Source: a virus
Lineage: Duplodnaviria > Caudoviricetes
Virus record (IMG/VR): IMGVR_UViG_3300033067_001680
Span: 1 to 52,454 of that record
Direction: 5' to 3' (one strand)
Length of the DNA stretch: 52,454 bases
The notes under the pieces were generated by a model that worked only from the letters and a program-made list of their open reading frames with translations, did not search any database and had not been told where the DNA came from. Position 1 is the first letter of the stretch. The number at the start of each line of letters is the position of its first letter. This document shows, piece by piece, positions 9,587 through 17,016 of the stretch. A program made the position numbers and the translations under genes.

Positions 9587-9628
9587 CCACGGCTAGCGTG
9601 CCCCGCGGCGGTGCGCCGCGACCCCTCC

Positions 9629-9670
9629 AAGGCCCAGACCCTCTCCCGGTGTCTGGGCCTTGCCCTTTCT
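9629..9670 (+). terminator. Terminator hairpin after the major capsid gene
   Basis: AAGGCCCAGAC (9629-9639) / GTCTGGGCCTT (9651-9661), followed by a pyrimidine run. Confidence 0.55.
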
Positions 9671-9759
9671 CCCGAGCGGGGGCACCCTCACGGAGTCGGC
9701 GCCTTGCGCGCTGACAACCCCCGCGCGGTGTCTTTGGCCCACGCGGACCCCACCCGGCA

Positions 9760-9910
9760 GCATCGTCGCAACGAGCCTTCGGGCTCCACGCACTAAGGGA
9801 CATCAACTGAGCTTCGCCACTCAGTCGTCCTGGCTCCCGGGGTGTTACGAGCGACCACCCTACGGACGGGGCATTGTCCGGTCAGTCGCCACGAACACCC
9901 CGGGAGCCGC
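9760..9910 (+). ncRNA. Candidate structured non-coding RNA / cis-regulatory element
   Basis: cUUCGg hairpin (9773-9786), ACTGAG/CTCAGT stem (9806-9825) and a perfect 15-bp stem (9832-9846 / 9894-9908) enclosing inner stems; no convincing ORF. Confidence 0.4.
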
Positions 9911-9954
9911 CGCCACCTACCTGCGCGCCGGGTGTGCGTGGTACACCCACACGC

Positions 9955-10365
9955 ATGGCGAAGCCGAAGCAGACCCCCACCACGTCCGAGCCCGCCGCCC
10001 CGGGTGAGCCCAAGGGGCCCGCCACGGTGGAGGAAGTGCTCGCGGCCAACACCCCCGACCCGCTGGAGGAAGCGAAGCGCGAAGCGCTCGCCCTCGGCAC
10101 CGGGGACGAGCCCGCGGCGCCGCCCCCGCCTGTCGAGCCCGCGCCGCCTCCCGCCAACCACGGCGTAGACGACGGCGCACCGCCGCCCGTCGCGGAGCCG
10201 CCCAAGCCCATGCCCCGGTGGCTGGTGGTGCGGGAGTGCAAGGTCAACCTGGGCAACAGCCTCGTCATCCTGCGCGCGGGAAAGATTCTCTCCGCCGAGT
10301 GGGCCGACCGCATCCCGGCCATCCTGGAGCACGGGGCGGAGCTCCTGGAGCTGGACCCCGAGTAG
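9955..10365 (+). CDS. Hypothetical protein (Pro-rich N-terminus, small C-terminal domain)
   Basis: ATG at 9955 (MAKPKQTPT...); typical position after the capsid gene. Confidence 0.6.
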   Translation: MAKPKQTPTTSEPAAPGEPKGPATVEEVLAANTPDPLEEAKREALALGTGDEPAAPPPPVEPAPPPANHGVDDGAPPPVAEPPKPMPRWLVVRECKVNLGNSLVILRAGKILSAEWADRIPAILEHGAELLELDPE

Positions 10366-10404
10366 CCCGCGCCGCCTCCCGTCCCTCCAGCCGCCCGGAG
10401 CGTC

Positions 10405-10818
10405 ATGGCCCTGACCCCCGAAGAGAAGGTCAAGATTCGCTACCACCTCGGGTACCTGGAGGTGACGGACGCGGCTTCCCTGACGCTCGGAATCCCCGCC
10501 TCGCGCCAGCTCCTTTTCGTCATCGAAGACGCGATGAACCGCGTGATGCCCGGCGCGGAGTGGCTGGTGCGCGACCTTCTGAAGCAGCTCGATTGCACGG
10601 AGCAAAAGCTGAAGGACGTGGCCTGCTCCCTGAAGGTGGAGAAGGTGGGAAACGTCGTCATGCGCGGGGCGAAGGAGGGGGAAACGTACCCCGACTTGCT
10701 GGAGCGCGAGGTGCTCCGCTGGGCGAACCGGCTGGCCGACGTGCTGGGCGTCCCGCCCTACGCCTACTCGCGCCGCTTCAACGGCCAGCTCACCGCGGGC
10801 TCTATCCCGGTGCGCTGA
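10405..10818 (+). CDS. Head-tail connector / adaptor protein
   Basis: 137-aa helical protein starting MALTPEEKVKIRYHLGY; neck position. Confidence 0.55.
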   Translation: MALTPEEKVKIRYHLGYLEVTDAASLTLGIPASRQLLFVIEDAMNRVMPGAEWLVRDLLKQLDCTEQKLKDVACSLKVEKVGNVVMRGAKEGETYPDLLEREVLRWANRLADVLGVPPYAYSRRFNGQLTAGSIPVR

Positions 10819-11342
10819 TGTGCAAGTGCGCCCCCTTCCGCACGGTCACCACGGCGCCCGGCCAGTGCGGTCTCGCCGCTGACCTCGCGGGCTGCATCGA
10901 CGACGCGCTGAACATCTACACGGAGCTCTGCCTCCGTGCGTACGCCGTCTCCATCGTCCGCACGCGCTGGACTGGGGGCGAGCGCGGGGTGGGCCAGGAG
11001 GAGTTCCTGTGCCGCCACGAGATTCTCCCCGTCCCCCGCGTTGTGTTCTCGGGCCTCCAGAAGCAGCTCCTAGAGGTTGGATCGAACGAGCAGGGTCAAG
11101 TCACCGTCTCTGAGATCAGCTCCCGCTACTCGGAGGACTTCCTCTCCCTGCTCCAGCCGGGCGGTGGGCCGGTGGATGAGGCGCAACAGGCGTACTACGA
11201 GGTGAGCTACCCCGGGGGTCAGCGGCGCCGCTTCGCCCTGCGTGGCGTCCCCGTGTACGACCCGGAGGCAGTGCTCTGGAGCGTGTACCTCACGCGCTCG
11301 GGCGACGACCGCAGCCGCCTGAACGGCGACCCGGAGGGCTGA
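10818..11342 (+). CDS. Head closure / head-tail joining protein
   Basis: ATG overlaps the previous TGA; beta-rich 174 aa; neck position. Confidence 0.5.
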   Translation: MCKCAPFRTVTTAPGQCGLAADLAGCIDDALNIYTELCLRAYAVSIVRTRWTGGERGVGQEEFLCRHEILPVPRVVFSGLQKQLLEVGSNEQGQVTVSEISSRYSEDFLSLLQPGGGPVDEAQQAYYEVSYPGGQRRRFALRGVPVYDPEAVLWSVYLTRSGDDRSRLNGDPEG

Positions 11343-11860
11343 TGGTCGCGGTGAAGATTCCGCTGGAGCGCCTGGGCCAATACGAGGCACGGCTGGCATC
11401 CAAGGGCCTGAAGGAAGCGATGGGGCGCGCGGTGGTGAAGTCCGCGCGTGACGCCCTGGCGCTATTCCAGCGGGGCACTCACACGGCCATTGCCGCGAGC
11501 CCGAACGGCGGGCCCCCGGGCGCTATCGCGTTCGGCTCGTTCCTGAAGGGCTGGCACGTCTACGGCTTCGCGCCGGGTGACGTTCACGTCCAGAACCGCG
11601 AGTCCAATGCCGTGTTCGTGGAGGGGGGACGGCGCCCGGGCAAGCCGCCCCCCATCAGCGCGTTGCTCCCGTGGGTGCGGCTGAAGCTCGCGCCCGCGAA
11701 CGAGGCGCAGGCCCGGATGAAGGCGTTTCTGGTGGCCCGCGCCATCGGGAAGCGTGGGCTCCGGGGCCGCGAGATTATGAAGCGCGCGCTCCCCGAGGTG
11801 GTGGCGAAGCACGTCACGAACGTCCGCGTCCAGATGGAGCTGGAGCTCCAGAAGCCATGA
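11342..11860 (+). CDS. Tail completion / neck protein (HK97 gp10-like)
   Basis: AVFVEGGRRPGKPPP..LLPWV...ARAIGKRGL motif typical of this family. Confidence 0.65.
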   Translation: MVAVKIPLERLGQYEARLASKGLKEAMGRAVVKSARDALALFQRGTHTAIAASPNGGPPGAIAFGSFLKGWHVYGFAPGDVHVQNRESNAVFVEGGRRPGKPPPISALLPWVRLKLAPANEAQARMKAFLVARAIGKRGLRGREIMKRALPEVVAKHVTNVRVQMELELQKP

Positions 11861-12507
11861 CCGACACCACCCGCCTCATTGTAGACGCCGACGACCCGGA
11901 GACGCTGACAAAGCGGCGCGCGACGGATGTGCGCACGGCTCTCGGGCGCGGGCTCCAGGAGTACCTGAAGTCCCTCGGGTCGTTCATCGCGGAGGGTGGG
12001 CGCAGAACCGCCATCGACGCTGTGACCCTTCACTGGGCCCAGCCGGAGGCGGTGGCGAAGTTCCCCTCCATCGCCATCGTGGGCGACGACCCCATGGCGT
12101 ACGGCGACGACGTGGACGGCCCCCTCACCCCGCGCGTCCTGTCGGACACCCGCTTTGACGACGGCTCCTACCTCGTCCAGCACTGCGAGGGGGAGCAGCT
12201 CTTCATGGTGCAGCTCTGGGCGACGGACCCGCCGGAGCGCATGGCGCTGGCCGCGCTGGTGGAAGAAGCGTTCGCCCCGGTGGAGTGGATGTACGGGTTC
12301 CGTCTGGAGCTTCCGCACTACCACGGGGCACACGCGGAGTTCACGCCGCTGGCCCTGACCTACCAGGACAGCGAAGAGCAAGCGCAGCGGCGGTACCGGC
12401 TCGCGATCATCGCCCTACGGGCCAGGGTCGCGAAGTACACGCTCACGCGCCCGCTCCCCCTCGCGCGCCCACGGTTCGGGCTCACGGTGGACGGAGAGGA
12501 CGCCTAG
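11857..12507 (+). CDS. Tail terminator-like protein
   Basis: ATGA overlap; FPSIAI and VQLWATDPPER patterns; immediately upstream of the sheath. Confidence 0.55.
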   Translation: MTDTTRLIVDADDPETLTKRRATDVRTALGRGLQEYLKSLGSFIAEGGRRTAIDAVTLHWAQPEAVAKFPSIAIVGDDPMAYGDDVDGPLTPRVLSDTRFDDGSYLVQHCEGEQLFMVQLWATDPPERMALAALVEEAFAPVEWMYGFRLELPHYHGAHAEFTPLALTYQDSEEQAQRRYRLAIIALRARVAKYTLTRPLPLARPRFGLTVDGEDA

Positions 12508-12568
12508 CAGCCGGGGCCGGGCTCGCGTACCGTACAGCCACCCACCAGCACCTACATAGGAGCCACCC

Positions 12569-14587
12569 ATGGCCGCCTCCGGGTTCGTTCGCCGCTTCCC
12601 GTACATGCCCCCCGACGAAACGATCCGCGCCATCGAAGGCGTGGTGATCGTGGACAACGCCCCGCCCGGGACCATCGAAGGTGTCGGCACGGGGTGCGTG
12701 TGCGCGGTCGGGGAGTTCACGGACTGCTCCTACGCCATCCAGGCGGACGCGCTGGGCGTCATCACCAGCTCCCCGCGGCCGGTGGAGGTGTTCGGCGGGC
12801 AAGACCTCATCGACAAGGTGGGTGGCTGGGACGAGACGCTGGGGAAGTTCGGCGCCGAGTGCGGCAACGGCTTCGCCGCCCTGCGCAACAAGACGTTCGT
12901 GCGCCTCGTGGTGGTGCCGGTGGACGTGGTGACCCCGGGCTCGGGCTCCTGCTACGGCACCCGGTACTGGCGCGAGCTCCCCACGAACATCAGCGCGACC
13001 AACGCGAACCCCATCGTGCCGGTGGCCGCCGCCGCCATCGAGGCGGGCCGGGAGTTCCGGTCTGGCGCGAACCGTGTCCGCGTGGCGAAGCGCGTGGTGT
13101 TCAGCAACGCCCCCGCGTACCTCTCTGCCCTGGACGGCGCCGTGACGAACGCCGCCGCCGCTGCCACCCAGACGTTCGACGCCGCCAGCGGCGACTTCGT
13201 GGTCAACGGGGTGATGGTGGGCGACCTTCTGGTGGTCGGCTCGCTCAACGCCCCCTCCGGCGCGAACCTGACCAACGCGGGCACGTACCGCATCACGGCC
13301 ATCACGGACGCGGACACCCTCGTGGTGGAGAAGCTGGACGGGACGAACTTCGCCTGGACGACGGGCACCGCGCTCGCGTGGCGCATCCACCCGGCCAGCG
13401 CGGGCGACTCCGCGGGCTCCGTCGGTACGGCGAGCGTCGCCCTCTCGGGCGTGGCCGGGTACGTGGTCCCCGCGCGCCCGCTCACCGCCACTGTCGCGGC
13501 GGCCACGCTGCTCACCCCCGCGGTGGCCCCGGCCGCCAACAGCGGGAGCGCGTGGGACACCCTCGCGGGGCTCACGGGGCGCACGCACCCGAGCGGCACC
13601 CTCACGTACGACGCGAACGTCCACGCGCCGAACGCCGCGAACAACAGCACGCTGGAGGCCCGCTACACCGCGGCCATCCTCGCGACGATGGACGACAACG
13701 ACCCGGCCGGGTCCATCAACATCATCCTGGCTGCGCGGAAGTCTTCGACGATCCGCACCCAGCTCCGTGCGCATGTCCTGGAGGCGAGCGCGCGCGGGCT
13801 CACCCGCCGCACCATCCTCGCGCCGTCCCTCGTGACGCAGAGCGTGGACACCGCGTGCGGCAACGCGGACCCCGGCGTGGGCGCGAACCGCTCGGAGCGC
13901 GTGGACTACGCATGGCCGGGTGGCCGGACGTACGTGCCCGAGGCGGTGAACTTCTCCGTCGCGGGCGCGGACGGGCTTCTCTACACGGACGGCGTGATGG
14001 ACGACCCGTGCGACTTCTGGCTGGCGTCCGTCGAGTCGAACCTGCCGCCGGAGCGCAACCCGGCACAGGCGGCGGAGCCCGTCCCCACCATCCTGTCGCG
14101 GCTCCTGGGGTACCAGCGCACCACGTCCCCCATCCGTTTGTCGCAGCCGGAATACACTCGGATGCGCGCCGCGGGCGTCGTGGGCCTCCGGGTGGACCGC
14201 ATCCTGGGCCCGCAGTTCCAGAGCGGCGTCACCACGTCCCTCGTGGCGAAGGAGAAGAACATCCTGCGGCGCCGCATGGCCGACTACATCCAGGACTCCA
14301 TCACCCAGTACCTCGCCCCCATCGTGAAGCTCCCGCTGACCCAGCGGTTCAAGGATTCGTGTGAGGCGGTGGTGGTCGGGTTCATGCGCGGGCTGCTCTC
14401 CCCCGACAACCCCGCAGCGCAGCGCATCGACGGCTACACGGTGGACGTGAAGAACGGCAACACCCCGAACGGGCTGGCCAAGGGCATCTTCGTCATCAAG
14501 GGTGACGCCCGGCTCACCCCCACCGGGGACTTCATCGTTCTCAGCTCGGACATTTCCGAGAACACCGTGGTCACCACGGTCTCGTAG
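12569..14587 (+). CDS. Contractile tail sheath protein
   Basis: 672 aa with AGGAG RBS; N-terminal IEGVGTG..CAVGEF and C-terminal NILRRRMADYI...NTPNGLAKGIF..PTGDFI sheath motifs. Confidence 0.85.
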   Translation: MAASGFVRRFPYMPPDETIRAIEGVVIVDNAPPGTIEGVGTGCVCAVGEFTDCSYAIQADALGVITSSPRPVEVFGGQDLIDKVGGWDETLGKFGAECGNGFAALRNKTFVRLVVVPVDVVTPGSGSCYGTRYWRELPTNISATNANPIVPVAAAAIEAGREFRSGANRVRVAKRVVFSNAPAYLSALDGAVTNAAAAATQTFDAASGDFVVNGVMVGDLLVVGSLNAPSGANLTNAGTYRITAITDADTLVVEKLDGTNFAWTTGTALAWRIHPASAGDSAGSVGTASVALSGVAGYVVPARPLTATVAAATLLTPAVAPAANSGSAWDTLAGLTGRTHPSGTLTYDANVHAPNAANNSTLEARYTAAILATMDDNDPAGSINIILAARKSSTIRTQLRAHVLEASARGLTRRTILAPSLVTQSVDTACGNADPGVGANRSERVDYAWPGGRTYVPEAVNFSVAGADGLLYTDGVMDDPCDFWLASVESNLPPERNPAQAAEPVPTILSRLLGYQRTTSPIRLSQPEYTRMRAAGVVGLRVDRILGPQFQSGVTTSLVAKEKNILRRRMADYIQDSITQYLAPIVKLPLTQRFKDSCEAVVVGFMRGLLSPDNPAAQRIDGYTVDVKNGNTPNGLAKGIFVIKGDARLTPTGDFIVLSSDISENTVVTTVS

Positions 14588-14605
14588 CGGTCACACGCCC
14601 GCACG

Positions 14606-14634
14606 TTGACCCACCCGCCCCCGCGGGTGACACT
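14606..14634 (+). promoter_or_regulatory. Putative promoter upstream of the tail tube gene
   Basis: TTGACC-17 nt-GACACT in the sheath-tube intergenic region. Confidence 0.35.
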
Positions 14635-14769
14635 CCCTGAGCCCACGCCACGCGCGGGGGTTCGTGCCGCACCCGCGAGGCTCACCGCGGGGATAGGGCG
14701 CGCGACGGTCGGAACCCCGGCCCGCGCGCCCTTCCTGTTACACGTAACACCGCGAAAGGTAATGACTAT

Positions 14770-15204
14770 ATGGCAGGCAGGGTGAAGGGGCAGAACTTGG
14801 AGCTCATCCTCATCGTGGACAACCAGCCGGTGGCGAACGTCATCACCTGCAAGTCCTTCGAGGTGGAGCTCAAGAACGAGCTTCTGGACGAGGGGTACCT
14901 GGGTGAGACCACCCAGCGGTACGACTCCATTTTCAACGGCGCCGAGGGGAAGCTGGAGCTCCACATCGAGAACCAGGACGCTCTCAAGGTGGCCCAAGCC
15001 ATCATCGACAAGGCGCGCCAGCGCACCCCCGGGGTGGCCTTCAACCTGAAGGCCACGATGAACATGCCGAACGGCCAGCGCCCCCGCATGTTGTTCCCGG
15101 ACGTGGAGTGGGGCGCGCTCCCCATCTCGTTCGGGGGCCGCGCGGAGTACGGCTCGCTCACCCTGAACTTCGGGGTCAGCTCGCCGGAGCTCATCACCAC
15201 CTGA
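14770..15204 (+). CDS. Tail tube protein
   Basis: 144-aa beta-rich ORF directly after the sheath. Confidence 0.75.
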   Translation: MAGRVKGQNLELILIVDNQPVANVITCKSFEVELKNELLDEGYLGETTQRYDSIFNGAEGKLELHIENQDALKVAQAIIDKARQRTPGVAFNLKATMNMPNGQRPRMLFPDVEWGALPISFGGRAEYGSLTLNFGVSSPELITT

Positions 15205-15263
15205 CGGCGGGCCCCCGTGGTGGGGGCCTCGCTCGCTGACCCGCATCCGAAGGAGCAACACCC

Positions 15264-15659
15264 ATGACCCGTCCCCTCTCCATCTTCACCGTCCCCGCTG
15301 AACTCGTCGCGCCCGTCGAGCCGGGCTCGGACAGGCTCATCCTCCGCATCGGCATCATCGAGCTGACGCCGGGCGAGGAAATGATGGCGATTCGCCGCTC
15401 CGAGAACGAGCTGGTCCGCATGGCGGCGGAGCAGTCGAAGGAGTCTCTCCGCTTCGTGTTCGTGGGGGCGAAGGACACGCCGAAGGAGAAGCAGACCCCC
15501 CTGGCGCTCTCCACGGGCGACGCCTCGCTGGAGCGGGTCTGGGCGACGATGCCCCCCGCGCTGCGCACCCTCGTTGTCACCGCGTACGGTGTGGTGAACC
15601 AGCCCGCGAAGGAGGCTATCCAGGGTTTTCTGGCGTCCCGCGAGGTGGTGTCTGGGTAG
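15264..15659 (+). CDS. Tail assembly chaperone (gpG-like)
   Basis: Follows the tube gene; AAGGAG RBS; ELTPGEEM motif; slippery G-GGT-TTT near the 3' end. Confidence 0.75.
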   Translation: MTRPLSIFTVPAELVAPVEPGSDRLILRIGIIELTPGEEMMAIRRSENELVRMAAEQSKESLRFVFVGAKDTPKEKQTPLALSTGDASLERVWATMPPALRTLVVTAYGVVNQPAKEAIQGFLASREVVSG

Positions 15660-15871
15660 ACCTCGCGGCGCGCAAGTTCGCGCTCTCCCGTGAGAAAGCG
15701 GATCGGCGCACGTACCTCTGGCGGCTCATGGCCATGTGCGGGCGCTACGGGAGCCTGTCTCCCGCCGACGCGATGAAGATGCCCCTGGTGGACCTGGAGG
15801 CGTACGCGGAAGAGGTGGCGGAGATCGTGAAGCAGGAGAACGAGCGCTCCACATCGGCTCCGACGGACTGA
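15264..15871 (+). CDS. Frameshifted tail assembly chaperone (gpGT-like), -1 frameshift at 15623-15629
   Basis: The -1 frame after GGGTTTT stays open to TGA at 15869-15871 (..FSGVPRGGVWVDLAARKF...MKMPLVDLEAYAEEVAEIVKQENERSTSAPTD*) and has no obvious independent RBS. Confidence 0.7.
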
Positions 15872-15874
15872 AAG
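15859..15874 (+). repeat. Left 16-bp direct repeat flanking the methyltransferase
   Basis: TCCGACGGACTGAAAG; 15/16 identical to 16992-17007. Confidence 0.7.
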
Positions 15875-15882
15875 ACCGCGAC

Positions 15883-17004
15883 ATGCCCTTCACCCGTGAC
15901 GCTGCGCGATCGTTGCAGCCGGACGCCGCCTCGAATTACCTCGTGCATGGTGAAGCCCTCGCCGTGATGCGCGAGCTTCCGATGCGCTTCGAGAGCAACT
16001 TCCGGTTGCTCTACGCTGACCCCCCGTACAACACGGGGTACGATTGGAAGCAGTTCAACGACCGCAAGAGGGTCGAGGAGTGGGAAGCACACCTCGAAGC
16101 GATCTTTCGAGCCTCGAACCGCGTCCTCACGGCGGACGCCACAGTGTGGGTGAGCATCGACGATCGGGCCGTGCATCACATGCGCGCGCTGCTCGATCGC
16201 GTGTACGGGCCGCGGAGCTTTGTCGCCTCGTGTGTCTGGCAGAAGCGGACCACCCGCGAGAACCGAGGCGCGATCGGCGATGCCCACGAGTACGTGCTGA
16301 TCTACGCGCGTGACCCCGAGGCATTCGCGAAGCGACGCAACATGCTCGAACCCAACGACAAGCTCAGGGGGCAGTACAAGAATCCGAACAACGACCCCAA
16401 GGGACCCTGGCAGACGATCTCGCTGGTTGCGCAACTGGAGAAGAGCGGGCCGAACCAGCACTACGAGATCGTGGCGCCGAACGGAAAGCGTCACGTTCCA
16501 CCCGCGGGGGGCTGTTGGTCCCTTACACGAGAGAACTACGACGAACTTGTTCGGCAGGACCGCATTCGGTTCGGCTCGAACGGGAATGGGGTACCCCGCA
16601 AGCTCCGATACCTCTCGGAGGTGGAGGGTCTTGTTCCGTGGACGTGGTGGCCTGCGGACGAAGTAGGGACCACGGCGGAAGCGAAGCGCGAGCAGTACGA
16701 GCTCTTTGGTCGCGGGGAGGGTGCTGCAACGCCGAAGCCGGAGCGCTTGCTCGAACGTATCGTGAAGATCGCGTCCAACCCTGGCGACGGGGTGTTGGAG
16801 CTCTTCGCGGGTTCGGGAACGGGAGCCGCGGTTGCACACAAGCTCGGTAGGAGCTGGATGGCGGTGGACGACTCGGACGCGATCGACTACGCACGGCGGC
16901 GCATGACGGCCGTGTGCACACGCACAAGTCCCGTCGGTGTTCCGTATGCGAACCCGCGTTTGGATGGCTTCAAGTACCTCACGCACGTCCTTCCGACGGG
17001 CTGA
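15883..17004 (+). CDS. Orphan site-specific DNA adenine methyltransferase (N6_N4_Mtase, type III Mod-like, beta class)
   Basis: Catalytic DPPY motif precedes the SAM-binding TPKPERL...ELFAGSGT motif; HEYVLIYA motif; no Res/REase partner nearby; visibly more A/T-ending codons than the flanking genes. Confidence 0.9.
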   Translation: MPFTRDAARSLQPDAASNYLVHGEALAVMRELPMRFESNFRLLYADPPYNTGYDWKQFNDRKRVEEWEAHLEAIFRASNRVLTADATVWVSIDDRAVHHMRALLDRVYGPRSFVASCVWQKRTTRENRGAIGDAHEYVLIYARDPEAFAKRRNMLEPNDKLRGQYKNPNNDPKGPWQTISLVAQLEKSGPNQHYEIVAPNGKRHVPPAGGCWSLTRENYDELVRQDRIRFGSNGNGVPRKLRYLSEVEGLVPWTWWPADEVGTTAEAKREQYELFGRGEGAATPKPERLLERIVKIASNPGDGVLELFAGSGTGAAVAHKLGRSWMAVDDSDAIDYARRRMTAVCTRTSPVGVPYANPRLDGFKYLTHVLPTG

Positions 17005-17007
17005 AAG
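16992..17007 (+). repeat. Right 16-bp direct repeat flanking the methyltransferase
   Basis: TCCGACGGGCTGAAAG. Confidence 0.7.
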
Positions 17008-17016
17008 GGCACCCTC

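Noticed and set aside
9832-9908. Long hairpin as SRP RNA, tRNA or hammerhead ribozyme
   Set aside because: Lacks the SRP GGAA tetraloop and AGCAG motif, the tRNA T-loop and cloverleaf, and the CUGAnGA/GAAA hammerhead core.
15736-15882. Longer N-terminus of the methyltransferase (ORF track start 15736)
   Set aside because: It overlaps the frameshifted chaperone frame and lies outside the left direct repeat; ATG 15883 is more plausible.
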